Source: Terriglobia bacterium (GTDB taxonomy: Bacteria; Acidobacteriota; Polarisedimenticolia; Polarisedimenticolales; JAIQFR01). From it: DNA of 64,000 nt. Positions 29,001 to 39,152 of the stretch are shown piece after piece (positions within the stretch are counted from its first letter, which is position 1; the number at the start of each line of letters is the position of its first letter). The stretch covers positions 512,001 to 576,000 of the forward strand of contig CAVVHE010000009.1 of the NCBI GenBank assembly GCA_963748015.1. The letters run 5' to 3'. The notes beneath the pieces were generated by a model, which saw nothing but the letters and a program-made list of their open reading frames with translations, ran no database searches and was not told where the DNA came from. Position numbers and translations under genes: made by a program.

Positions 29001-30462
29001 CGCGGACCGTTCCGTCGTCGCGGTCGATCAGGACGAGCGGGCGGAGCGGCCGGACCCGCGCGGACGCGAAGCGCCCCGCGAGCATCTCGATCACGAGATC
29101 GAAGGGGCGCCGCGCCAGGTTGCGGAACGGATCGGCCCCGCGGACGGTGTCCCAGAGCTCGTCGATGCGCCAGGTCTCGGTCGCGACCATCGAGAGAATC
29201 GACTGGGCGAGCACGTCGAGCGGGCCCTCGACGGGACGCACCGGCTCGATCTCGCCGTCGAGGACGGCCCGGGCGGCCGCGGCGGAATCCAGGAGGTCGC
29301 GGGGGTGGAGCGGGAGGAAGCGACCCCGGCTCGTCCCGCCGACCGCGTGTCCCGCGCGGCCGATCCGCTGCGCCGCGGAGGCGAGCGAGGGCGGGGTCTG
29401 CGCGAGGACCACCTCGTCGAGGCTCCCGATGTCGATCCCCAGCTCGAGGGAGTTCGTCGCGACGATGCCGCGCAGCTCGCCGCGCTTCAGGCGCTCCTCG
29501 ACCACGCGGCGGACCTCGCGGGAGAGGGAGCCATGGTGGGAGTACACGATCTGCTCGCCGGCGGCGTCGTTCACGAGGCGCGTGAGCTTCTCGACCATCC
29601 GCTTGCTGTTGGCGAAGACGAGGGTCGAGCGGTTCCTGCGCAGGGGCTCGCCCAGCTCTGCCGCCGTCGCGCGCCAGAAGGGGAGGGCCTCGCTCGAAAC
29701 CTCGGGGAGAGGCGGCGCGCCCGGCGGCTCCTCCCGCGCGTCCGGGAAGCCGACCGAGATCCGGTAGCGCTTCGGCTCGGTCGAGCGCACGATCGCGACC
29801 GGGCGGGGGGTTGCCGCGCCGCCCGGAGAGATCCTCGCCCCGCCCACCCACGCGGCGATCCGCTCGAGCGGGCGCACCGTCGCGGAGAGGGCGATCCTCT
29901 GGAACTCGCCGGCCTCGCGCGCCAGGCGCTCGACCCCGGCCGCGAGGAGCGCGCCTCGCTTCGTCCCCGCCACCGCGTGGACCTCGTCGAGGATCACGGT
30001 CTCGACGCCGGAGAGGAAGACCCGCCCCCGGCGAGACGTGAGAAGCACGTTGAGCGACTCCGGCGTGGTGACGAGGATCTCGGGGGGGTGCCGGAGCATC
30101 CGGGCCCGCTCGCCGGCGGGGGTGTCGCCGGTGCGGGTGGCCACGCGGATCGCCACGGCGCGCTCGCCGGCGGCGCCGAAGCGGGCGCCCAGCTCCTCCA
30201 GAGGGCCCAGGAGATTCCGGCGGACGTCGTTCCCCAGCGCTCGGAGCGGAGAGACGTAGAGGACGCGGACCGTGCCGGCTCCGGACGCGCCGGTCATGAG
30301 GCGGTCGAGCGCCGAGAGAAACGCCGCGAGGGTCTTGCCGCTCCCGGTCGGGGCGATCGCGAGAACGTGCTCGCCCGAGGCGATCCTCGGCCACGCCAGC
30401 CGCTGGATCCCGGTCGGCTCGCCGTAGCGCTCCGCGAACCACCGCGTCACGATCGGGTGCAC
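26087..30462 (-). pseudogene. lhr: Lhr-like ATP-dependent DEXH helicase, interrupted as sequenced (2 frameshifts and 1 in-frame TAG)
   Basis: APTGSGKT, TTPESL, LDEVH, LSAT, HHGSLS, SLELGIDIG, QRIGRAGH, TIPDRG, ELDEEF. Breaks at ~28965, 28866-28868 (TAG) and ~28083. May be intact in vivo. Confidence 0.8.
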
Positions 30463-30587
30463 GCCGGAGATTGTACGGGGTGGCGAAGCGTTCGGCCCGG
30501 GGTATCCTCCCAAGGCACCTCGAATCAATCCATGGATCGGCGCCGGGGCGGCACGGCCCCGGAGTCTTCTCTCACAGGAGGCAGGTA

Positions 30588-31484
30588 ATGCATCACCTGG
30601 TGGTCGTCACGGGAGCGGCGGGGAACGTGGGCGGGGAGATCGCGCGGAGGCTCCTCGCGCGGAAGGAGCGCGTGCGGGCCGTGGGCCGCGACGCGGCGCG
30701 CCTTGCCCCGCTGGCCGGGCTGGGCGCCGAGATCGCGACCGGCTCGGTGGAGGACGCCGCCTTCCTCGGGCGGGCCTTCGAGGGAGCCGGCGCGGTCTTC
30801 GCGACGATCCCGCCGAACGTGACCGCGCCCGACGTGCGCGCCTTCCAGCGCCGCGTTTCGGACGCGTTCGGCGCCGCGCTCGCGTCGTCGAAGGTCTCGC
30901 ACGTCGTCACGCTCAGCAGCATCGGCGCGGACAAGCCCGCGGGCACCGGGCCGATCGCGGGCCTCCACGACCTCGAGCAGAAGCTGAACGGTCTGGCCGG
31001 GGCCGCGATCGTGCACCTCAGGGCCGGTTTCTTCATGGAGAACACGCTCGCGAGCATCGGCCTGATCAAGGGGCAGGGGATCAACGGCAGCGCGATCCGC
31101 GGCGACCTGCCGATGGCGATGATCGCGACGCGCGACATCGGAGCGGTTGCGGCCGACCTCCTGGCCGAGCCGGCGTTCACGGGCAAGAGCGCGCGCGAGC
31201 TGCAGGGGCCGCGCGGCTACACGATGGCCGAGGCCACGACGATCCTCGGCCGCGCGATCGGCAAGGCGGATCTCCCGTACGTGCAGTTCCCGTACGACGC
31301 TACGAGGCAGGCCCTCGTCGGGATGGGGCTCTCGGCGAGCATGGCCGACCTCTACGTCGAGATGGCCCGCGCCTTCAACGAGGGGCACGCCAAGGCGCTC
31401 GAGCCGCGCTCGCCCCGCAACACGACGCCCACCACGCTCGAGGAGTTCTCGGCGACGTTCGCCGTGGCGTACAGGGCAAGCTGA
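30588..31484 (+). CDS. NmrA-family NAD(P)-binding oxidoreductase
   Basis: AGGAGG RBS; VVTGAAGNVG; LSSIGA; HLRAGFFMEN; IATRDIG. Confidence 0.9.
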   Translation: MHHLVVVTGAAGNVGGEIARRLLARKERVRAVGRDAARLAPLAGLGAEIATGSVEDAAFLGRAFEGAGAVFATIPPNVTAPDVRAFQRRVSDAFGAALASSKVSHVVTLSSIGADKPAGTGPIAGLHDLEQKLNGLAGAAIVHLRAGFFMENTLASIGLIKGQGINGSAIRGDLPMAMIATRDIGAVAADLLAEPAFTGKSARELQGPRGYTMAEATTILGRAIGKADLPYVQFPYDATRQALVGMGLSASMADLYVEMARAFNEGHAKALEPRSPRNTTPTTLEEFSATFAVAYRAS

Positions 31485-31626
31485 AGGGCGAGATCCAAGA
31501 GCGCCGGAGCGGCCGGGGAACCCAAGGGCACCCCGGCCCGTATAACCCATCGACAGAATCGAGCCGGGAAGCTGGGGGGCGTCCCGGCTCGCGTCGGCCG
31601 CGAAAACCGCGAAGGAGGTTCGACCC

Positions 31627-32877
31627 ATGGTGCCCACCATTCCCCTGCGACGTCGCAGGCGCTGGCCCTGGATCCTGCTGCTGCTGGTCGTCGTCGGCGC
31701 CGCGGGCGTCGGCATCGGCACGCTCCGGGGCGGCGGATCCGGGAGCAAGGCCAAGGTCAAGGCGGACGACCTCGACATCCGGCTCGGCAAGTCGGACGTC
31801 AGGGACATCCAGGTCACCGTCAACGAGGTCGGCACCATCGAGCCCGTGGTCAAGGTGGATGTGAAGTCCAGCCTGTCCGGGAAGGTCATCGACCTTCTGG
31901 TCCGGGAAGGGGACAAGGTCCGCGCAGGCCAAGTGCTCGCAAGGGTCGAGCCGGACGTGAACCAGGCGCAGACCCTTGCCGCCGTCCGCTCCGGGCTGAA
32001 GCTCGCGGAGATCCGCGCGACCGACGCGAAGCGGGATCTCGAGACGAACGACCGCCTCTACAAGGAAGGGTACGTGTCCGACACCGAGATGAAGAACTTC
32101 CGCGTGAAGTTCGACACCACCCTCGAGGACCTCGATGCGGCCAAGACCCGGATGCGCATCGTCCAGGAGAGCGGCATCCCGCTCGACAGCCAGATCTCCA
32201 CGACCCAGCGGGTGAACATCGTCGCCCCGATGGAAGGGTACGTGATCAAGAAGAACGTCGAGGTGGGCCAGACGGTCACCTCCGGAATGTCCTCCTTCAA
32301 CGAGGGGACGGTGATCTACACCGTCGCGGACCTCCAGTCCATGCTGATCAAGGCCTCGATCAACGAGGTGGACGTGGGGCGCGTGCGCCTCAAGATGCCG
32401 GTCGTCATCACCGTGGACGCCTTCCCGTACCGCCGGTTCGAGGGGACGGTGACCCATATCTCGCCGGCGGCGCGCCTCAAGGACAAGGTGAAGGTGTTCG
32501 ACGTCGAGGTCACCCTCAAGGAGCAGATCCCCGACTTCCGCGCGGGGATGACCGCGAACATCGAGGTGCGCGGCGACAAGGCCGACAAGGTGATGTCCGT
32601 TCCCGCCGAGGCGGTGTTCAAGAAGAACGACCGCGAGATCGTGTACGTCCTGAAGAAGACCTTCGACGAGCCCAAGAAGGACGAGCGCAACCCGCGAAAG
32701 ACCAAGTCGGGGAAGTACGACGTCTCCGACGTCTGGCAGCGCTTCTTCGACGAGCGGGAGATCAAGGTGGGGCTCGCCAGCCTGGAGCGGGCGCAGGTCG
32801 TGAAGGGAATCGACGCCGGCGTCGAGGTCGCGCTCGAGGATCCGACGAAGCCGCGGCAGGTGGACGAGGAGAACTGA
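31627..32877 (+). CDS. Periplasmic adaptor / membrane fusion protein (MacA-like)
   Basis: N-terminal TM; GTIEP..VDVKSSLSGKVIDLLVREGDKV; APMEGYV; INEVDVGRV. Confidence 0.9.
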   Translation: MVPTIPLRRRRRWPWILLLLVVVGAAGVGIGTLRGGGSGSKAKVKADDLDIRLGKSDVRDIQVTVNEVGTIEPVVKVDVKSSLSGKVIDLLVREGDKVRAGQVLARVEPDVNQAQTLAAVRSGLKLAEIRATDAKRDLETNDRLYKEGYVSDTEMKNFRVKFDTTLEDLDAAKTRMRIVQESGIPLDSQISTTQRVNIVAPMEGYVIKKNVEVGQTVTSGMSSFNEGTVIYTVADLQSMLIKASINEVDVGRVRLKMPVVITVDAFPYRRFEGTVTHISPAARLKDKVKVFDVEVTLKEQIPDFRAGMTANIEVRGDKADKVMSVPAEAVFKKNDREIVYVLKKTFDEPKKDERNPRKTKSGKYDVSDVWQRFFDEREIKVGLASLERAQVVKGIDAGVEVALEDPTKPRQVDEEN

Positions 32878-32879
32878 CC

Positions 32880-33611
32880 GTGGCCGGCGCACCGTCCCAG
32901 GGAGCCTCGAACGGCTCGATGATCCGCCTCGACGCGGTCCACAAGGTCTACGACGCGGGGGAGACCGCGGTCCACGCGCTGCGCGGGATCGACCTCGACA
33001 TCGGGCCGGGCGAGTACATCGCGCTGATGGGTCCGTCCGGCTCGGGCAAGTCCACCCTCATGCACATCCTGGGGTGTCTCGACGTGCCGTCGCAGGGGGA
33101 GTACTTCCTCGACGGGACGCCCGTCTCCAAGATGTCGTCGCGCGCCCTCGCGCGAATCCGGAACCAGAAGGTCGGCTTCGTCTTCCAGTCGTTCAACCTG
33201 CTCCCCCGCGCGACGATCGTCCGCAACGTCGAGCTGCCGATGCTCTACGCCGGCGAGGGGCGGCGGGAGCGGCGGGAGCGGGCGCTCGCCGCGCTCGAGC
33301 GGGTCGGCCTCGCCGAGCGGGCGAAGTCGCTTCCGACGCAGCTCTCGGGGGGCCAGAAGCAGAGGGTGGCCATCGCGCGCGCGCTGGTCAACAGCCCGCC
33401 GATCGTGCTGGCGGACGAGCCCACCGGCAATCTCGACTCGAAGACGGGGCAGGAGATCCTGCAGATCTTCGACGAGCTCCAGCGCCAGGGGCACACGGTC
33501 CTGCTCGTGACCCACGACTCGGCCATCGCCGCCCACGCGCACCGGATCGTGCGGATCGTGGACGGGCTGATCGAGAACGGCGCCGACGCCGCGGCCGGGG
33601 CGCCGTCGTGA
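32880..33611 (+). CDS. ABC transporter ATP-binding protein (MacB/LolD-like)
   Basis: GPSGSGKS, LSGGQKQRVAIARAL, LADEPTGNLD, VTHD. Confidence 0.95.
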   Translation: MAGAPSQGASNGSMIRLDAVHKVYDAGETAVHALRGIDLDIGPGEYIALMGPSGSGKSTLMHILGCLDVPSQGEYFLDGTPVSKMSSRALARIRNQKVGFVFQSFNLLPRATIVRNVELPMLYAGEGRRERRERALAALERVGLAERAKSLPTQLSGGQKQRVAIARALVNSPPIVLADEPTGNLDSKTGQEILQIFDELQRQGHTVLLVTHDSAIAAHAHRIVRIVDGLIENGADAAAGAPS

Positions 33612-34840
33612 CGATCCACGAGTCCATCGTGGACGGCCTGGTGGACGTCCGCACGCACAAGCTCCGGACGTTCCTCCAGACCCTCGGGGTCGTCCTCGGG
33701 GTGGCGTCGCTCGTCGCGGTGCAGGGGCTCGCCGACTCCGGGCGGCGCCAGGCGACGCGCTTCTTCTCGGAGTTCGGTGGCCTGACCAAGCTGTTCGTCT
33801 CGAACCGCCCGTCGAAGGAAACCCTCGTCACCGCCCGCCAGCTCGCGAGCGCCGGGTTGACGTGGGACGACGTCCAGGCGATCAAGAAGGAGGTCACCTG
33901 GGCGAAGCTCGCGGACCCGGTCTTGCAGGAGCGGCTGACGGCCCGCTACGGCTCGTTCCAGAGGCGCATCGAGATCTCCGGCGTGACCCCGGACTACCCG
34001 GCGGTCTACAAGTTCTACCCGGCCCGCGGGAGGTTCGTGACCGAGGACGACATGGCGTCGCAGTCGCGCGTCGTCGTCCTGGGGGACACCGCCGCCCGCA
34101 CCTATTTCGGCAACGAGGACCCCCTGGGCAAGACGATCTACTTCGGCGACGTGGGGTTCACGGTGGTCGGGATCATGCGGCGGAAGGAGTTCTACTTCGG
34201 CGAGGAGAACCGCAACGCGCTGGAGTGGATGAACCGGATGACCTTCGTGCCGCTGACGACCATCTACTCGCGCTTCTCCGGCGACGACCGGAAGCGGGTG
34301 AACTACGCCAACGTCGTCGTGGACAAGGTCGCGAACAACCAGAAGGCCGCCGACGCGATCAAGACGGTCCTCTTCCGCCGCCACGGCGGGGTCCAGGACT
34401 TCGAGGTGTACAACCGCAGCGAGCGCCTCAAGCAGCAGCAGGAGCAGTCCCGGATGTTCGACGTGATCTTCCTGGTCACGGGGATCGTCTCCCTGATCGT
34501 CGGCGGCATCGTGATCATGAACATCATGCTCGCCTCGTTCCAGGAGCGGATCCGCGAGGTGGGGGTCCGCAAGGCGATCGGCGCCAAGGGGACCGACATT
34601 GCCGTCCAGTTCCTCGTGGAGGCGGTGCTCGTGACCTCGATCGGCGGCGCGGCGGGCCTGGTGCTGGGGGTCGGCTTCGCGAAGGCGATCACGGCGCTCC
34701 TCGGGCAGCCGGCGGTGATCACCGCCCGTATGGCGCTGATCGGCGTGTCGGCCTCCGTGCTCACCGGCCTGTTCTTCGGCCTCTACCCGGCGATCAAGGC
34801 CGCGCGACTCAACCCCGTGGACGCGCTGAGGTACGAATGA
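33608..34840 (+). CDS. MacB/FtsX-type ABC permease 1
   Basis: GTGA overlap; HKLRTFLQTLGVVLGV; VGGIVIMNIML; REVGVRKAIGA; YPAIKAARLNPVDALRYE. Confidence 0.92.
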   Translation: MTIHESIVDGLVDVRTHKLRTFLQTLGVVLGVASLVAVQGLADSGRRQATRFFSEFGGLTKLFVSNRPSKETLVTARQLASAGLTWDDVQAIKKEVTWAKLADPVLQERLTARYGSFQRRIEISGVTPDYPAVYKFYPARGRFVTEDDMASQSRVVVLGDTAARTYFGNEDPLGKTIYFGDVGFTVVGIMRRKEFYFGEENRNALEWMNRMTFVPLTTIYSRFSGDDRKRVNYANVVVDKVANNQKAADAIKTVLFRRHGGVQDFEVYNRSERLKQQQEQSRMFDVIFLVTGIVSLIVGGIVIMNIMLASFQERIREVGVRKAIGAKGTDIAVQFLVEAVLVTSIGGAAGLVLGVGFAKAITALLGQPAVITARMALIGVSASVLTGLFFGLYPAIKAARLNPVDALRYE

Positions 34841-36075
34841 ACCTCGGGGAGGTCCTTCGCACGGCGCTCGCCGAGATCCGGGCCCACAAGATGCGCTCGT
34901 CGCTGACCCTGCTCGGGATCATCCTGGGCACGCTGTCCATCGTCGTAATGACTTCGTTCCTCGACGGGATCGCGAACGCGGTCTGGCAGGGCTTCGGGGA
35001 CCTGGGCTACGACGGGGTCGTCTACGTGGTGAACCGCGAGGCGCGGGACCTGAGGGAAGCGGGGCTCTTCACCCGGTCCGAAGGGCTGATGCCGCGGGAC
35101 GTCGACGTCCTCCTCGCGCGGCGGGAGTTCGTGTCGTCCGCGGCGCCGTCCGTCTTCGACGAGCAGGTCGTCCGGCGCGGCTCCGAGGAGCGCAAGGCGC
35201 GGATCATGGGGGTCACCGCCGCGTACGCACGGGTGCGCGACCGCTCCCTCTCCGCCGGGCGGTTCATCGCGGACGCCGACGAGCGCGCGTTCGCGAGGGT
35301 CTGCGTGATCGGTTACCGGATGAAGAACCGGTTCTTCGGGTCCGAGGATCCGCTCGGCAAGTCCGTCACGGTCGCGGGACGGCCGTTCCGCGTGATCGGT
35401 GTCGGGAAGAAGCTGGGGAACGAGTTCGTGAACGACGACGAGTTCATCGAGGAGATGGAGGGGATGTACGTCCCCTTGAGCACGCTCCGGAAGTTCTACA
35501 CCGGAGAGGACTCGCCGGTCAGCTTCATCGCGGTCAAGACCGACAACCCGGAGAAGCTCGGGGCGCTCGTGGCCGAGGTCGTGGCGTCGCTCAGGATCGC
35601 GCACCGAGGCGCCCAGGATTTCCGCGTCCAGAACATCGCCCAGGAGATCGTCCAGGCCCGGGTCCGCGTCACCGACCTGATCCGGAACTGGAAGATCGTG
35701 ACGGGCACGATCGCGGCCATCTCGCTGCTCGTGGGCGGGATCGGCCTCATGTCGGTGATGCTGATCTCGATCTCGGAGCGCCTCTACGAGATCGGCCTCC
35801 GGAAGGCGATCGGCGCGTCCGACGTGGAGATCTTCCTGCAGTTCCTTCTCGAGGCGGTGATCCTCTCTCTCGTCGGCGGTTTTCTCGGGATGGGTGTGGG
35901 GGTCGGGATCACGAAGGCCGCCGCAGGCTTCTTCCCGTCGGGTCTCCCCATCCACCTCGGGGGCCTCGCCTCGGCACTCGGCATCGCGGTGTTGCTCGGG
36001 GTCCTCTACGGCATCTATCCCGCGGTCAAGGCTTCGCGTATGATGCCCGTGGACGCTCTCAGGGCGGCGGGGTAG
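34837..36075 (+). CDS. MacB/FtsX-type ABC permease 2
   Basis: ATGA overlap; HKMRSSLTLLGIILG; VGGIGLMSVML; EIGLRKAIGA; YPAVKASRMMPVDALR. Confidence 0.92.
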   Translation: MNLGEVLRTALAEIRAHKMRSSLTLLGIILGTLSIVVMTSFLDGIANAVWQGFGDLGYDGVVYVVNREARDLREAGLFTRSEGLMPRDVDVLLARREFVSSAAPSVFDEQVVRRGSEERKARIMGVTAAYARVRDRSLSAGRFIADADERAFARVCVIGYRMKNRFFGSEDPLGKSVTVAGRPFRVIGVGKKLGNEFVNDDEFIEEMEGMYVPLSTLRKFYTGEDSPVSFIAVKTDNPEKLGALVAEVVASLRIAHRGAQDFRVQNIAQEIVQARVRVTDLIRNWKIVTGTIAAISLLVGGIGLMSVMLISISERLYEIGLRKAIGASDVEIFLQFLLEAVILSLVGGFLGMGVGVGITKAAAGFFPSGLPIHLGGLASALGIAVLLGVLYGIYPAVKASRMMPVDALRAAG

Positions 36076-36245
36076 GGCAGCCGGGGCGCCCGCGAAAGAC
36101 CCGGATCCTCTCCGGTTTTCCTTCGGTACTGAGATCGCTGCCACCTTCGCGTGGCGGGCGGTCTTACAGTGCTCTTCTTACCCGACCTGCAAATCGGAAG
36201 ATGCTCGACGAAGCGCCGCCGAGCGCCATGTCGACGAATTACAAA

Positions 36246-36261
36246 GGGTACGATTCTTGCA
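36246..36261 (+). promoter_or_regulatory. Putative sigma54 -24/-12 promoter
   Basis: GGGTACGATTCTTGCA: GG-N10-GC, close to consensus TGGCACG-N4-TTGCW; predicted start lies just before the RBS of the 36289 ORF. Confidence 0.55.
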
Positions 36262-36288
36262 AATTCGATAGTTTGGGGAGGGGCAGAC

Positions 36289-36528
36289 ATGCGATATCCC
36301 GTCCTGCCTACGATCGACGGACCCACCGAGGCCTGGTGTGAGTTCTGTTCGAACCGCAACCTCCCGCCCGAATCGTCCTATTGCGCCGAATGCCGGCCGG
36401 CCCTGAACCGCTACCGCGAGGCCCTCGACCGCCGTCCCGCGCGCCGGCTCGCCCGCGCCTTCATGGGCTCGGCGGGCGCTTCCGCACCCCTCGCCTCCCG
36501 TACCGCCCCGCCCGCCCGCGAGAAATAA
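36289..36528 (+). CDS. 79-aa hypothetical zinc-ribbon protein
   Basis: GGGGAGGGG RBS; CEFC-x11-CAEC. Confidence 0.65.
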   Translation: MRYPVLPTIDGPTEAWCEFCSNRNLPPESSYCAECRPALNRYREALDRRPARRLARAFMGSAGASAPLASRTAPPAREK

Positions 36529-36633
36529 CCGCCGTCCGCCCGGTTCAGCGCGGGGCGGAGTCCGGTCACCCGCGCCGCGCCAATCGCGCGGCCCAGGCGC
36601 GACGAGCGGCAGGGCGGGTATCCTGTGCCGCCT

Positions 36634-37572
36634 ATGACCTGGCTCCGCGCTTCCCGCTCCCTTCTCCTCACGGGCCTGGCCGACGTGTGGGACGCCGCGC
36701 GCGAGCGCGCAAGGGACGGTGGCGAGGGGTTCGGGCTGTTCCTCATGGTGGTCTCGGCGGCGTGCTTCGCGGCGATGGCGGCGTTCGCGAAGAAGCTGCT
36801 CCCGGACGCCCCGATCCAGGCGGTGGTCTTCTCGCGCGGCGTGATGATGTCCGCGATCTTCGTCGCCGCGGCGCGTTGGCAGGGGGCTCCGATCGTCGGC
36901 AAGCGGCCCGGGGTGCTCCTCCTGCGGGGCCTCCTCGGCTACGCCGCGCTCTCCTGCTACTTCTTCTCGGTCCAGCACCTGCCGCTCGGCGACGCGGTCC
37001 TCCTGCAGTACAGCCATCCCGTCTTCGTGGCCGCGGTCGCCCCGCTCTTCCTCGGCGAGCGGACGGCCGGGAGCCAGTGGCTCCTGATCGTCGCCGCGCT
37101 CGCGGGGGTGGCGCTCGTCGTCCGCCCGGCGGGGGAGGTGCGACCCGAGGCGCTGGTCGGGGTCCTGGGCTCGATGCTCTCGGGGCTCGCCTACATCGCG
37201 GTGCGAAAGCTCTCGAGGACCGAGCACCCGATGACGATCCTGCTCTGGTTCCCGCTCGCGACGGTTCCGTTCTCGCTCGTCGCGACGCTCTCCGCCGGCC
37301 GCGCCGCGATTCCGAAGAACGGCCGGGAGGTGGCCGGCCACCTGCTCGTGACCGCCGCGGCGCTCGTCGGGCAGCTCGCGCTGACCCACGGCCTCGCCCG
37401 CGTCGGCGCCGCCCGCGCGACCGCCGTCACGCTCACCGGCCCGGTGTTCGGCCTCGCCCTCGGCTTCTTCCTCTTCGGGACCGTCCCCACCGCCGTCTCC
37501 CTCGCGGGGACGGTCGTCGTCCTGACCGCGCTCGCCCTCCTCGGCCGCAGCGGGCGTCGCGCGAGAACCTGA
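36634..37572 (+). CDS. DMT/EamA-family transporter
   Basis: About 10 TM segments in two EamA repeats; LPLGDAVLLQYSHPVF...LFLGER. Confidence 0.9.
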   Translation: MTWLRASRSLLLTGLADVWDAARERARDGGEGFGLFLMVVSAACFAAMAAFAKKLLPDAPIQAVVFSRGVMMSAIFVAAARWQGAPIVGKRPGVLLLRGLLGYAALSCYFFSVQHLPLGDAVLLQYSHPVFVAAVAPLFLGERTAGSQWLLIVAALAGVALVVRPAGEVRPEALVGVLGSMLSGLAYIAVRKLSRTEHPMTILLWFPLATVPFSLVATLSAGRAAIPKNGREVAGHLLVTAAALVGQLALTHGLARVGAARATAVTLTGPVFGLALGFFLFGTVPTAVSLAGTVVVLTALALLGRSGRRART

Positions 37573-37691
37573 CGGGGCCTGCTCCCGCCCCGAACCCTTG
37601 CCCCGGCGTCCTGGTTGATTTCGCCTTTCCATTCCGTGTCTAATGGCGGGCCTGGACCTGTACATTTCGGCCGGGAGAGGAGCGCACGACC

Positions 37692-39101
37692 ATGAGCCGT
37701 CCTTCGATGAGAATCCGTGGAGTGGTCGCGGCAGCGGCACTTCTGGCCTTTCTGTCCGTGCCGTCCGCCGTCGCGGAGGACAAGGCGGCGAACGACGAGA
37801 TCGGCGTCCAACTCGGCGCCGGACAGGTCAACTCGGAGATGAGGGGCCCCGAAGGAAGCGGGGTCGGTCCCGTCCTGGACGTGCGCTGGGGGCACGAGTT
37901 CACCGATTCCATCGGCATCGCCGCGGATCTCCTGTGGGGCGCGGCTTACACCGGCGATTCGGACTACGGCAACTGGGCGGAGATGTCGGTCGGCGGGAAC
38001 ATGGACTGGTTCTTCGGCAGGGGGGCCCGGACGCGGTGGTTCCTGAGTCCGGGGGTCGGCTGGACCCAGTTCTCCCCGGACGCGGGCACGACCGTGAGCC
38101 GAGGTTTCGTTTCGCTGGCACTCGGGCAGAAAATCTGGCCGGGCGACCCGGATGCGAACCTGCGGTGGTCCATTCGCGTCGATAAGACGCTCGGGACGAA
38201 CGGCTTCGACGGCGCCGATGTCCTCACCGTCAAGGCGCTGGTCGGCGCCTCGTTCGGTTTCGGCGGGCCGCCGCCGGACGACGACGCCGATGGAGTGCCC
38301 AACCGCAAGGACAAGTGTCCCAATACCCCCGCCGGGGCGACGGTGGACGCGAAGGGGTGTCCGAGCGACTCGGACGGCGACGGCGTCTTCGACGGCATCG
38401 ACGATTGCCCCGGAACGACCGCCGGCTGGCCCGTGGACGCCAAGGGCTGCCCGAAGGACTCGGACGGCGACGGCGTGGCCGACGGAAAGGACAAGTGCCC
38501 CGACACTCCCAAGGGTGCGACGGTGGACGCGGACGGCTGCCCGAAGGACTCGGACGGTGACGGGGTCTTCGACGGGCTCGACCGCTGCGCCGCCACGCCG
38601 AAGGGGGCGAAGGTGGGCGCCGACGGCTGTCCGCTGGACGCGGACGGCGACGGGGTCTTCGACGGGATCGATCGCTGCCCCGACACGCCGAAGGGAACCA
38701 AGGTGGATGCCGCCGGGTGCCCGGCGGTGGTGAAGGCGGCTCCGCTCTTCACCCCCGAGAAGAAGTCCCTCGTCCTCGAGGGAGTGAACTTCGACCACGA
38801 CAGCTCGACGCTGACCCCGAGCTCGCTCGCCGTTCTCGACGGGGTCGCGGCGTCGCTTCGGGACTGGCCCGAGGTGCGCGTGGAGATCGGCGGCCACACG
38901 GATTCCAGCGGCTCGGACTCTTACAACCAGAAGCTCTCGGAGCAACGCGCGGCGTCGGTCCGAGACTACCTGGCCTCCAAGGGGATCGATGCCTCGCGGA
39001 TGACGGTCAAGGGGTACGGGGAGTCGAAGCCGATCACGGACAACGCGACGGACAAGGGCAAGGCGACGAACCGGCGCGTGGAGCTGACCCGGCTGGACTG
39101 A
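37692..39101 (+). CDS. OmpA-family protein with beta-barrel, thrombospondin type-3 repeats and OmpA-like C-terminal domain
   Basis: Five DxD(G/A)DGVxx.xDxC...VDA.GCP-type repeats; VNFDHDSS, IGGHTD, NQKLSEQRA, NRRVE. Confidence 0.93.
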   Translation: MSRPSMRIRGVVAAAALLAFLSVPSAVAEDKAANDEIGVQLGAGQVNSEMRGPEGSGVGPVLDVRWGHEFTDSIGIAADLLWGAAYTGDSDYGNWAEMSVGGNMDWFFGRGARTRWFLSPGVGWTQFSPDAGTTVSRGFVSLALGQKIWPGDPDANLRWSIRVDKTLGTNGFDGADVLTVKALVGASFGFGGPPPDDDADGVPNRKDKCPNTPAGATVDAKGCPSDSDGDGVFDGIDDCPGTTAGWPVDAKGCPKDSDGDGVADGKDKCPDTPKGATVDADGCPKDSDGDGVFDGLDRCAATPKGAKVGADGCPLDADGDGVFDGIDRCPDTPKGTKVDAAGCPAVVKAAPLFTPEKKSLVLEGVNFDHDSSTLTPSSLAVLDGVAASLRDWPEVRVEIGGHTDSSGSDSYNQKLSEQRAASVRDYLASKGIDASRMTVKGYGESKPITDNATDKGKATNRRVELTRLD

Positions 39102-39152
39102 CGAGACGACGCGATCGGAACGAAGCGGCTCGCGGCGCCGCCCGCGCGACCG

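Noticed and set aside
38270..38720. 90-nt tandem DNA repeats
   Set aside because: They encode thrombospondin type-3 repeats of an ordinary OmpA-family protein.
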